Assembly: GCA_944349895.1 (NCBI GenBank)
Contig: CALVNQ010000001.1
Span: forward strand, 145,461 to 209,460
Direction: 5' to 3'
DNA from: an uncultured Clostridia bacterium
Lineage (GTDB): Bacteria; Bacillota; Clostridia; Christensenellales; UBA1242
Length of the DNA stretch: 64,000 bases
The notes under the pieces were generated by a model. That model searched no databases and was not told the DNA's origin. It was given only the letters and a program-made list of their open reading frames with translations. This document shows positions 39,297 to 48,004 of this stretch, piece by piece (the stretch's first letter is position 1; every line of letters begins with the position of its first letter). The position numbers and the translations under genes were made by a program.

Positions 39297-39514
39297 TTTG
39301 TCTCCTTTTTAATTTTAGGTCTTAACTTAAAATGTGAATTAGTTCCTTTAGGTACCTGTAACTTGGCGATTTCTTGATACATGCCTTTAAGGCAATCTTC
39401 ACAAAAAGCCAATTCTCTTTTAATCAAACCTTTAGTACTAAAAGAATAATCTGCTAAATTGTTACAACCAATGAAATCACATTTGGTCACTTTCGTACAT
39501 CTTTCGATTTGCAT
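39293..39514 (-). CDS. Small Cys-rich zinc-ribbon protein with a basic tail
   Basis: The 73-aa protein has Cys at positions 6, 12, 17, 38 and 41 and a KLRPKIKKETK tail. GAGGAGG lies upstream of its start, and it has an ATGA overlap with the portal gene. Confidence 0.5.
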   Translation of the reverse strand: MQIERCTKVTKCDFIGCNNLADYSFSTKGLIKRELAFCEDCLKGMYQEIAKLQVPKGTNSHFKLRPKIKKETK

Positions 39515-39803
39515 TATTTTCCTCCTCTTTTAAAAGTTGTAAAAGATGGTTTTTTTCTGCCTCAAGCTGCTCATCTGACATATTTTCTACCGAAAGAACA
39601 TTATAAAATTTTTCAAGCAAAATTTTCAAAGCTGAAAGATCTGGAGAATACTGTTTTTTCGTTACTTTTTTTTTAGCTAAAACTTCTTCCCCATTTTCTC
39701 CAATAGAGTACTCACAAATTTGTTCTTTAGTGACATAACCCAGAGCTTTTTTCAGCAAAGCTTTTTTCAATTTTTCTTCACTAAGTTCTTTCAATTTCCT
39801 CAC
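39477..39803 (-). CDS. Small helical protein, possibly terminase small subunit or HTH-like
   Basis: The 108-aa ORF is the first gene of the operon. The motif KKKVTKKQYSPDLSALKILLEKF resembles small-terminase or phage HTH proteins. The evidence is weak. Confidence 0.35.
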   Translation of the reverse strand: MRKLKELSEEKLKKALLKKALGYVTKEQICEYSIGENGEEVLAKKKVTKKQYSPDLSALKILLEKFYNVLSVENMSDEQLEAEKNHLLQLLKEEENNANRKMYESDQM

Positions 39804-39823
39804 CTCTTACAAAATTCAAAAGC

Positions 39824-39852
39824 ATTTTAATATTGAAAAAACCAGAAAGCAA
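39824..39852 (-). promoter_or_regulatory. Sigma-A-like promoter of the phage-derived operon
   Basis: On the minus strand: TTGCTT (39852-39847), a 17-nt spacer, then TAAAAT (39829-39824). Confidence 0.55.
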
Positions 39853-39920
39853 TAAAGAGTGCCGAAAAAATATTCACACATTTAAAATCTCAGAGTAAAA
39901 TGATAATGTAGAGGTTATAA

Positions 39921-40694
39921 ATGGGCACGATGTTAGAATTTAAAGATGTAAATTTTTTTTATCAAACAAAGAAAGCGGAGATACATGCGTTAAAAGATCT
40001 CAATTTTGAAGTTGACGAAGAAGAATTTGCGTCTATAGTCGGTCCAAGTGGCTGTGGCAAAACAACAATATTATCTTTGATAGCGGGACTATTAGAAAAG
40101 AGTTCTGGGAAAATACTTTTATGTGAGAAAGAGATTGAGAAAAATGATTCAAGGATAGGTTATATGTTTCAAAGAGATCATTTATTTGAATGGAGAAACA
40201 TATGGCAAAATGTAACTCTGGGCATAGAATTAAGCAAACCAAAAAATGCTGATGAAAAAAAAGAATTTGCCAAAGAACTGCTAAAAAAGTATGATCTCTA
40301 CGAATTTATATCAACAAAACCTCGATCCCTAAGTGGAGGCATGCGACAAAGGGTGGCATTAATAAGGACTTTGGTTATGGAACCGGCATTATTATTACTC
40401 GACGAGCCATTTTCGGCATTGGATTTTCAAACACGACTAAAAGTATGCGATGATGTTCATGAAATAATCAAAAGCGAAAAAAAGACAGCCATACTTGTAA
40501 CGCATGACATATCGGAAGCATTGTCGATGTCAGATAAAGTGATAGTACTTTCATCTCGACCTGCCTCCGTAAAACATGTAGAGAAATTAAAACTTAATGG
40601 AGAAACACCGTTAAAGAGAAGAGAAGACACAAATTTTGGAGCTCTCTTTGATTTAATTTGGAAGAAACTTACAAATGAAGAAACAAACAAATAA
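39921..40694 (+). CDS. ABC transporter ATP-binding protein (NitT/TauT-type)
   Basis: It carries GPSGCGKTT, LSGGMRQRVALIRTL, LLLDEPFSALD and VTHDISEA. Confidence 0.85.
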   Translation: MGTMLEFKDVNFFYQTKKAEIHALKDLNFEVDEEEFASIVGPSGCGKTTILSLIAGLLEKSSGKILLCEKEIEKNDSRIGYMFQRDHLFEWRNIWQNVTLGIELSKPKNADEKKEFAKELLKKYDLYEFISTKPRSLSGGMRQRVALIRTLVMEPALLLLDEPFSALDFQTRLKVCDDVHEIIKSEKKTAILVTHDISEALSMSDKVIVLSSRPASVKHVEKLKLNGETPLKRREDTNFGALFDLIWKKLTNEETNK

Positions 40695-41502
40695 ACAAAA
40701 GATGTCAAAAGTTGCTCCATATTCTAAAGCACATGAGAAATATATAAAAAGATTAAGAAATGATAAAATAATAGTAATAGTATTTCAAATATTAATATTA
40801 TTAGCGATAATAGGGCTATGGGAGTTATTAGCATCGACGAAAGTAATTGATCCTTTTTTTGTAAGTAGTCCATCGAGAATATTTAACATGTTCATAGATC
40901 TAGTAAAAAGTGGAGCAATATGGAGGCACATAGGGATAACATTATTAGAAACGATAGTAGGATTTGCGATATCAACGATTGGTGGAACACTGATAGCAAT
41001 AATACTATGGTGGAATGAGAAATTGAGGCGAATACTAGAACCTTATATAGTTGTACTAAATTCTCTTCCTAAAATAGCACTGGGACCGATCATAATCCTT
41101 TGGGTTGGCTCAGGGATGAGTGCGATAATAGTAATGTGTGTGCTTATATGTATAGTATTAACTACAATAACAATGCTAAATGCGTTCAACTCATGTGATA
41201 CAGATAAAATACAACTGATGAAATCTATGCATGCAAATAAGTTTCAAATTTTAACGAAACTGATTCTCCCGAACGCGATGGAAGAATTCATATCTGTATT
41301 AAAAATAAATGTAGGAATGAGTTGGGTAGGAACAATAATGGGAGAATATCTATCTAGCAGTGCTGGATTAGGATATCTAATAGTATATGGAAGCCAAATT
41401 TTTAAAATAGATTTAGTAATGACGAGCACTGTATTATTATGTTTATTAGCTGCATTGATGTATTTAACAGTATGTTTAATAGAAAAATGGCACAATCGTT
41501 AA
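40675..41502 (+). CDS. ABC transporter permease (NitT/TauT-type)
   Basis: The protein has about 6 TM helices and follows the ATPase. The start is uncertain (40675 or 40702). No binding-protein gene is adjacent. Confidence 0.75.
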   Translation: MKKQTNKQKMSKVAPYSKAHEKYIKRLRNDKIIVIVFQILILLAIIGLWELLASTKVIDPFFVSSPSRIFNMFIDLVKSGAIWRHIGITLLETIVGFAISTIGGTLIAIILWWNEKLRRILEPYIVVLNSLPKIALGPIIILWVGSGMSAIIVMCVLICIVLTTITMLNAFNSCDTDKIQLMKSMHANKFQILTKLILPNAMEEFISVLKINVGMSWVGTIMGEYLSSSAGLGYLIVYGSQIFKIDLVMTSTVLLCLLAALMYLTVCLIEKWHNR

Positions 41503-42467
41503 GAAGAATTATGTTGCAAATCAGAAGATAAAAACATTGATAAAAAGAAAATAACACCTAGAACACTAGCAAATGGATATAAAAGGCTAATGATATGACC
41601 AAATCCAAGAACGGAAACAAAAACAGGAAACAAAATGGAAACGAAATAAATTAAGTTTTGTTTAAAATTGAACTTTTTAAGAGTTTCTGAAGTAGTGAAC
41701 ACTAAAGAGAAAAGAGTAGTGATACAACCAGAAAAAACCACAAATCTAATTAACACAAAAGAGAAACCGTTAGATAAAGAAATTAAAGGCATATCAAATT
41801 CCATGCATTCAGGGTTAGAAAGAATAACGAAATTAGTCAGCATTAAAAAACAAGAAAGTGTGAAGCTAGATAAAAAACTAGCCCACACTTTTTGTTTTTT
41901 TGATAAAAGAGAGCCGGATTTAGCGATAACCACACCACTAATAGAAAAATTTAAAGCGGAATAAAGCAAGGTAAAAAAAAGCCCAGCGAAAGCATTTTGT
42001 CCCACAATAGAACATTCATAGTGATTGACATTAGAAAACAACACAATGGCCATACAAATTAAAGTGGAAGGTATTAAGAAAACATTAAGTTTTTCTAAAA
42101 ATGGCACCCCTCTTCTAGAAACATAGCAACAGATGATAATCAAAATCAAAGAAATTAAAATTTTAATAAAATGGCTATCGCCATAAATGTTAACAGCTCC
42201 TGCGAACATAGAAGAAGTAAAAATTAAAGAAATGATAATGCAAAGAAATGAAAAAATCTTAGAAGAAGTAAGTTTAAGCAATCTATCATTACCAAACGAA
42301 AGGAAAAAATATATAATACCCCAAAACAAAAAGAAAGTGATAGCAATAAAAAAATAAGAAACATTACCAAATCTAGAAAAAAAAACTGATATTTCTTTAC
42401 CACTAGCAAAACCAGAACCTATGACAGTGCCAATTATTAACATAATTACAGAAAAAGTTTTTCTCAT
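41499..42467 (-). CDS. YkvI-family membrane transporter-like protein
   Basis: The N-terminal IGTVIGSGFASGKEISVFF block resembles B. subtilis YkvI. The protein is polytopic and 322 aa long. Confidence 0.6.
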   Translation of the reverse strand: MRKTFSVIMLIIGTVIGSGFASGKEISVFFSRFGNVSYFFIAITFFLFWGIIYFFLSFGNDRLLKLTSSKIFSFLCIIISLIFTSSMFAGAVNIYGDSHFIKILISLILIIICCYVSRRGVPFLEKLNVFLIPSTLICMAIVLFSNVNHYECSIVGQNAFAGLFFTLLYSALNFSISGVVIAKSGSLLSKKQKVWASFLSSFTLSCFLMLTNFVILSNPECMEFDMPLISLSNGFSFVLIRFVVFSGCITTLFSLVFTTSETLKKFNFKQNLIYFVSILFPVFVSVLGFGHIISLLYPFASVLGVIFFLSMFLSSDLQHNSS

Positions 42468-42518
42468 TAAAATAAATATATTTTTTTAATTTTTAAAAAA
42501 TTACGCAAAATATAATTC

Positions 42519-43121
42519 ATGAGAAACAAATTTCCCTTTTATGTATTGATATTGATAATCACATGTGGCTTAATCACCTGTCTTTTCCCCTACCCAATAT
42601 TTTCAAATTATGGCAATTTAACAAAAACCGATATATATAACATAAACAACTATAATGAAACAGAAAATGAAATATACAGCCCGGAAGCACGAGTGAGTGT
42701 GTCCAACCTAAATTGGTTTGACACAGTAAACACTATGTTCAAAACCTATCAAAAGACACGAGTAATTGACATAAAAAGTGGTTTAACATATTATGTTTAT
42801 AGAAATGGTGGACATAACCACGCTGATGTAGAACCAATAAACCAAGAAAACACGGCCATATTTAAACAAATTTACGGCGGAGTATGGAGCTGGGCCAGAC
42901 GACCAGTATGGGTTGAGCTAAGTGAAGGAAATTTTGTAGCAGGAAGCATTAATGGCTACCCACACGGACAAAGTTATATTGAAAACACAGGAATGGATGG
43001 GCACACTTGCATACATTTTCTACTAAGTAAAACACATGGGACAAAAAGAGTTGATGAAGCACACCAAGAAGCGGTGGCATATGCCTACGAACATAGAGAC
43101 GAAATTTATAATTATTTATAA
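42519..43121 (+). CDS. Membrane-anchored or secreted hypothetical protein
   Basis: The 200-aa protein has an N-terminal TM helix and a His-rich conserved-looking core (GGHNHADVEP, GMDGHTCIHF). I cannot assign a family. Confidence 0.45.
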   Translation: MRNKFPFYVLILIITCGLITCLFPYPIFSNYGNLTKTDIYNINNYNETENEIYSPEARVSVSNLNWFDTVNTMFKTYQKTRVIDIKSGLTYYVYRNGGHNHADVEPINQENTAIFKQIYGGVWSWARRPVWVELSEGNFVAGSINGYPHGQSYIENTGMDGHTCIHFLLSKTHGTKRVDEAHQEAVAYAYEHRDEIYNYL

Positions 43122-43146
43122 TAAAAAAAGGTTTTATGCCTTTTAA

Positions 43147-43605
43147 TTATTTATGGTAACTAGTACCATTTGATATATTAAAAGCTCTATAAATTTGCTC
43201 GATAGCAACAATTCTAGCCAAATTATGTGGCAAAGTTATATTTCCAAAACTTAATTTTTTAATTGCCTTACTTTTAACATTTTCACTTACGCCATATGAA
43301 CCACCGATAACAAAAGTTATAGTGCTACTAATAATACCCTGTTTTTCAATAATTTTACAAAATTCTTCACTGGTGATATTTTCACCTTGAATATCAAACA
43401 AAAATAAACCACCTTTGCATTTTTCTAAAATAAGTTTTTCCTCTTTTTGTAAAACTTCTTTTGGGAGGCTAGAAACATTTTTATCTTCAACTTCTATTAA
43501 ATTAAATTTACAAAATTTTTGCAATCTTTTTATGTATTCATTTTGGGCTTCAACCCAAAATTTTTCTTTTAAAGAGCCAACACAAACCAAGTTAATAGTT
43601 ATCAT
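43147..43605 (-). CDS. rlmH: 23S rRNA (pseudouridine1915-N3)-methyltransferase RlmH
   Basis: This SPOUT-type protein (152 aa from the chosen start) has FVIGGSYG and LPHNLARIVAIEQIYRA blocks. Its ATGA start overlaps the upstream gene. Confidence 0.85.
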   Translation of the reverse strand: MITINLVCVGSLKEKFWVEAQNEYIKRLQKFCKFNLIEVEDKNVSSLPKEVLQKEEKLILEKCKGGLFLFDIQGENITSEEFCKIIEKQGIISSTITFVIGGSYGVSENVKSKAIKKLSFGNITLPHNLARIVAIEQIYRAFNISNGTSYHK

Positions 43606-44741
43606 AATACCCCCCAAACAAAAGTAAAAAGAGTAAGAACTGACATAAGCAAAAAGGAGCCAAACAAGAGCAACTTACCATATTTAGAAGGTTTAAAAGT
43701 CTCTTCTGTTTGCAAATCCTGGCTAAACACAAATTCTTTAATTTTCAAAAATGGATCATCCAAATTATCATTTTCAAGATCGTAAGTGGGATCAAATTGC
43801 TGACCAGAAAGCTCGGATTTAGTTTTTTCTAAATCAAATAAATAATTTTGTCTTATAATTTCCTTGTTGAAAATCATCTGTATGTCAGCCAAATCTTCCT
43901 TTATTCTAAGCCTAGCAATATGTTGAGTAACAAAAATGAGCAAATAGAATAAAGAAATTAAAACAAGAATAGAAACTAAAATACCCACAAATATATTTGA
44001 GTTAATAACACCTTCGAACCAAGCTATAGCATTCCCCAAAGGTAGCCCATTAACACTTGAGAATATAACATAGCAACTTAAAGCATTATTCATAAAATGA
44101 ACAATCATAGCTGGGATGATAGAATTAGAAATCAAAGTTAAAAATCCTAAGAACACTCCTATTAAAGTAGCGTAGAAAAATTGTTCGATGTTGACATGAA
44201 GTAAGCCAAATAACAAAGCAGAAATCCAAATAGCCCTCCAAGTTCCAAATGGTCTAAAAGCCTTAAAAAGCATACCTCTATGAGCTATTTCTTCGCAAAT
44301 GCCAGGCAAAATCGCTGTAAAAAAAATATTAATAATAAGTGAAGAGAAAGAATAAGAGGTTATGGCACTACCATAGTTATGTTCATAACCAAATAAATCT
44401 ATAATTCCATTAAAGGTCGATGAAACAAAAAGATTAATAAAATAAACAACAAAACCCAGTATGAGGCTAAGACCAATCACCTTCCAAGAAACTCTATTGA
44501 CGCCAAAATCTAAAAAGGTTTTAGAAATTTTTTGTTTTTTTAAAGAAGAAAAAAGAAAAATTGACCCACCAAAAAGTAAAATGATTTGCACAAAAATAGT
44601 GAAAACATAATCACCGTAATCCCCCATAAATGAAAGCAAACCAAAAGAAGATAACAATCTTAAAGTAACAAAAAATATGACAATCAAAAAGTATGTCAGC
44701 ATAGCGAAGTCGAAATTTTTTTGTTTTTCTCTCATATTCAT
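43602..44741 (-). CDS. CPBP-family intramembrane glutamic endopeptidase (CAAX protease-like)
   Basis: It carries EEIAHRG, FGLLH and HFMNN motifs. The protein is polytopic. Confidence 0.75.
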   Translation of the reverse strand: MNMREKQKNFDFAMLTYFLIVIFFVTLRLLSSFGLLSFMGDYGDYVFTIFVQIILLFGGSIFLFSSLKKQKISKTFLDFGVNRVSWKVIGLSLILGFVVYFINLFVSSTFNGIIDLFGYEHNYGSAITSYSFSSLIINIFFTAILPGICEEIAHRGMLFKAFRPFGTWRAIWISALLFGLLHVNIEQFFYATLIGVFLGFLTLISNSIIPAMIVHFMNNALSCYVIFSSVNGLPLGNAIAWFEGVINSNIFVGILVSILVLISLFYLLIFVTQHIARLRIKEDLADIQMIFNKEIIRQNYLFDLEKTKSELSGQQFDPTYDLENDNLDDPFLKIKEFVFSQDLQTEETFKPSKYGKLLLFGSFLLMSVLTLFTFVWGVL

Positions 44742-44770
44742 TTATTATATTCCTCTTAATAAATATAAAT

Positions 44771-45820
44771 TCATAAAGTTTCTGGCATGAATCCTATTGC
44801 GGTATTAATTATAAAAAGAACGAGTGCTATACCAATCCCAACCCACAAAAGAACAGGAATATTTTTTATGCCTTTCGAAAGGTTTTTATCTTTAGATTTT
44901 AACTGTTGCTCGGCATTAATTGAATCTTCCTCACCACTCACATAGTTTTGATTTTTATGCTTGAAATAAAATTTATCAATTAAGAAAATGATAAGCCCGG
45001 TTATGATAACAAGAGCAATAGACAAAATCCATTGCCAAACATTATACTCTAAAGTTATACCACAGTTATAATGTATCGAAATATAAGATTGAATAACAAC
45101 AATAGCATTATTAAGAAAATGTACAATCATACTTGTCACAGTGGAACCTGTCCTTAAAGCAATCCAACCAAGAACAAAACCTAAAATAAACGGATAAATA
45201 AACTGTTGAATTGAACAGTGCATAATGGCAAAAAGAAAAGATGAAAGTAATAAAGAACTAAGATCAGAAAGCCCATTTCTTAATCCATTTAAAATAATTC
45301 CCCTAAAAACCAATTCTTCAAATATAGCAGGTAAAAGCGCCATTAAAATTAAAGCTAAAACAAGCCAGCCAAAATTATCCAAAGGCAAATTAATAGTTTG
45401 AAGGTTATAACCTAGTAATTCCAGGACATGATCAATTCCACCAATAAAATATTGCAAACCGAAAACGCAAACAAGAGGTAAAATAAAACAAATTATTAGA
45501 TTCCATAAACCTATTTTGAATTTAACCTTAGAAGCGGAAAAGGAAACATTTTTTATTTTATTAAAAAGCAAAAAGACAATACAAAAAGCAATTGGGCTTG
45601 CCAACAAAGAAAAAACGTTATAAACTATAGAATTATAAATATCATTTTGAGAAACACCAGTTTTTAAAGCTAATGAACTGACCAAAAGAATTAGCAAAGC
45701 AATAACATACGGAGCAATCAAAGCACACATAAAAGCCAGGCCCATGTCTTTTATAGAATAAAATTTATATTTATCGTAATTGATAATTTTTTTATTTTTC
45801 ATAAAAGCAGTATACAACAT
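44771..45820 (-). CDS. CPBP-family intramembrane glutamic endopeptidase, second paralogue
   Basis: It carries FEELVFRG, FAIMH and HFLNN motifs. The start is uncertain; I moved it downstream of the ORF-track start (45874), which would overlap tadA. Confidence 0.65.
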   Translation of the reverse strand: MLYTAFMKNKKIINYDKYKFYSIKDMGLAFMCALIAPYVIALLILLVSSLALKTGVSQNDIYNSIVYNVFSLLASPIAFCIVFLLFNKIKNVSFSASKVKFKIGLWNLIICFILPLVCVFGLQYFIGGIDHVLELLGYNLQTINLPLDNFGWLVLALILMALLPAIFEELVFRGIILNGLRNGLSDLSSLLLSSFLFAIMHCSIQQFIYPFILGFVLGWIALRTGSTVTSMIVHFLNNAIVVIQSYISIHYNCGITLEYNVWQWILSIALVIITGLIIFLIDKFYFKHKNQNYVSGEEDSINAEQQLKSKDKNLSKGIKNIPVLLWVGIGIALVLFIINTAIGFMPETL

Positions 45821-45860
45821 TTTAGTAGACAAACCAAGCTTTTTAAGGTAAAATATAAAT

Positions 45861-46310
45861 ATGAATAAATACATGAATGAAGCAATAAACCAAGCAAAAA
45901 AGGCTTATAAAAAAGGAGAAATACCAGTTGGAGCTGTTATAGTCAAAGATAATAAAATTTTATCAAAAGCATATAACAAAAGAGAAAAAAAACAACAAGC
46001 AACAAAACACGCTGAAATAATAGCAATAGAAAAAGCCTGTAAGAAATTAAAATCTTGGAGATTAGAAAATTGTGAAATATATGTAACATTAGAACCCTGC
46101 CCTATGTGTGCTGGGGCAATATGCAATGCCAGGATAAAAAAATTGTATTTTGGCGCAGAGGAACAAACATCAAAAGACAATTTATTGGAAAAAATATTAA
46201 ATTCAACAAGGTTAAATCACAAAGTAGAAATAGAAAAAATTGAATCAAAGCAAGCGAGTGAATTAATGAGCAGTTTTTTCAAAACAAAAAGAAAAAAAAC
46301 CGAAAAATAA
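45861..46310 (+). CDS. tadA: tRNA adenosine(34) deaminase
   Basis: It carries HAE and PCPMCAGA zinc motifs and is 149 aa long. Confidence 0.9.
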   Translation: MNKYMNEAINQAKKAYKKGEIPVGAVIVKDNKILSKAYNKREKKQQATKHAEIIAIEKACKKLKSWRLENCEIYVTLEPCPMCAGAICNARIKKLYFGAEEQTSKDNLLEKILNSTRLNHKVEIEKIESKQASELMSSFFKTKRKKTEK

Positions 46311-46318
46311 GTTCGGTT

Positions 46319-46861
46319 TTAATTTTTATTTAAAAGTTCGAAAAGTTTTTTAGTAAACTCCTGTTCAGAAATTTCTCCATTATCTTTCGATTTTCTTAAA
46401 TTTTCAATTTTTTCTTTTAACTGTAAAGAATCATTAGAATCATTTTGTTTATGTGGATCAAATTCCTCTTCACTACCCTTGTTGTCAGTTTTAAAAGCAA
46501 AAGAAATGTAAAGAAAAATGTTAGATAAAGATAACAAGGTGCCGCCAATTATATTAAAAATACAGCCTGAGATGTAAATCCCTTTTTTTTGAGAAAAAAG
46601 AACCGGATCAGATATAGAAATAAAAAGCAAAACTGCGCCAACTAATGAAAATACTCCGAGCACAATTAGTGATCCTGCTAGTATAAAAAAATCCAATTCA
46701 GAAAAATTGAAAAATCCCTGAATATTCCCACTACCTGTTTTTGTATTGCCAAAGTAGCCAACATTTAAAAAAATATTAATTGCCGTAATAAAATAAGCAA
46801 TAGAATCAATAATTCCGAAAATAGCGCTGAATTTTATAAGCATTCTTTTAGTATCATTCAT
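46319..46861 (-). CDS. Membrane protein with a C-terminal SHOCT-like domain
   Basis: Four TM helices are followed by LRKSKDNGEISEQEFTKKLFELL. Confidence 0.55.
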   Translation of the reverse strand: MNDTKRMLIKFSAIFGIIDSIAYFITAINIFLNVGYFGNTKTGSGNIQGFFNFSELDFFILAGSLIVLGVFSLVGAVLLFISISDPVLFSQKKGIYISGCIFNIIGGTLLSLSNIFLYISFAFKTDNKGSEEEFDPHKQNDSNDSLQLKEKIENLRKSKDNGEISEQEFTKKLFELLNKN

Positions 46862-46965
46862 AAACCACCATATAAGTTATTATATAAAAAAAATAAAAAA
46901 AAATCAAACAAAGTTTCTTTTGAAAAAAAACTTAAAATAGTATAATAATCGTAGGAGAGAAAAAA

Positions 46966-47724
46966 ATGAATCGAACGATATTAATAACTGGGGCATCAAG
47001 TGGAATAGGAGAAGAATTAAAAAAACAATATTTAAAAATAGGCGACAAGGTGATAGATTTATCAAGGAATTCAAAAGATTGTTCTTGTGATATTACCAAT
47101 AAGATTGACCTTGAAAATTTTTTTCGAAAATACGAAAATGAAAAGATTGACATACTTATAAATTGTGCTGGTCAAGGTCTGTCAGGAGCAGTCGAACTGG
47201 TAAAAGATAAAGAAATACGCAAACAATTTGATATAAATTTTTTTGGGTTAATAGACGTTATAAAACATTCTTTACCATTAATGAAAGAAAATGGAAAAAT
47301 AATTAACATAAGTTCAACCTGCGCATTATTTCCACTTCCATTTAGATCATATTACTGTGCAAGTAAATCGGCAGTAAACATGATAACTGACGGACTTAGA
47401 ATGGAGCTTAGAAACACAAACATTCAAGTTGCATCAATCTGTCCAGGCGAAGTAAAAACAAATTTTACAAAAAATCGTGTTAAAGATTTTGAAACAAATT
47501 CTCGATATGGCGACAGTGTAAGAAAATCAACAGAGCATGTAGACAGCCACGAAGAAAAGCGCATGAGTGTTGAAAACGCAGTCAAAAAAATGACGAAGTT
47601 TATTGAACGCAAAAAGTTAAAACCAATGACAATTATTGGCAGGCAAAAATTTCTATATTTTATCTCACGCTTTGTTCCTAAATCGCTTTTTATTAAAGTT
47701 ATAGGAAAAATGTTTGTAAAATAA
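46966..47724 (+). CDS. Short-chain dehydrogenase/reductase (SDR)
   Basis: It has a TGASSGIG cofactor motif and a YCASK catalytic motif. Confidence 0.85.
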   Translation: MNRTILITGASSGIGEELKKQYLKIGDKVIDLSRNSKDCSCDITNKIDLENFFRKYENEKIDILINCAGQGLSGAVELVKDKEIRKQFDINFFGLIDVIKHSLPLMKENGKIINISSTCALFPLPFRSYYCASKSAVNMITDGLRMELRNTNIQVASICPGEVKTNFTKNRVKDFETNSRYGDSVRKSTEHVDSHEEKRMSVENAVKKMTKFIERKKLKPMTIIGRQKFLYFISRFVPKSLFIKVIGKMFVK

Positions 47725-47775
47725 AATATCATAAAAAAATGTTTAAGCATATCATGAAAATGGAGGTGCTTACAA

Positions 47776-47973
47776 ATGAAAAATTGTTATACACCGGGCT
47801 GTTATTACAACATGCCCTGCCATTGCCCTCCTCCATCTTTCCCCCAACAATGTTGCAACACACCATGCTGTAACAACAACATGATGGGTGGTTGCGGTTA
47901 TTTAAACATTGCAATCCCAATAGGATTACTTATATTTGCGGGAGGATACTTGCTCGGGCAAAAATGCAATTAA
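47776..47973 (+). CDS. Cys-rich small protein with a C-terminal TM helix
   Basis: The 65-aa protein has nine Cys in its first 40 residues (CCNTPCC) and then YLNIAIPIGLLIFAGGYLLG. GGAGG lies upstream of its start, and its own terminator lies downstream. Confidence 0.55.
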   Translation: MKNCYTPGCYYNMPCHCPPPSFPQQCCNTPCCNNNMMGGCGYLNIAIPIGLLIFAGGYLLGQKCN

Positions 47974-47975
47974 AA

Positions 47976-48004
47976 AAATGCTTAAATTTCTAAGCATTTT
48001 TTTT
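47976..48004. terminator. Bidirectional intrinsic terminator
   Basis: AAATGCTTA (47976-47984) pairs with TAAGCATTT (47991-47999) and is followed by a T-run. Confidence 0.75.

Larger units (their letters stand above)
32371..39852 (-). mobile_element. Phage-derived virion-gene operon (podovirus-like head and tail-stub genes plus holins), with no terminase large subunit or integrase in the window
   Basis: Eleven co-oriented, tightly coupled ORFs lie between a promoter (39852-39824) and a terminator (32397-32371). They include portal, scaffold-like, capsid and holin genes. Individual CDS entries give the details. Confidence 0.7.

Noticed and set aside
31869-39920. I looked for attachment-site direct repeats, an integrase or tRNA targets flanking the phage-derived block, which would indicate an intact prophage.
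   Set aside because: I could find none by eye. The block is too small and lacks essential phage functions, so I describe it as phage-derived rather than as a prophage.
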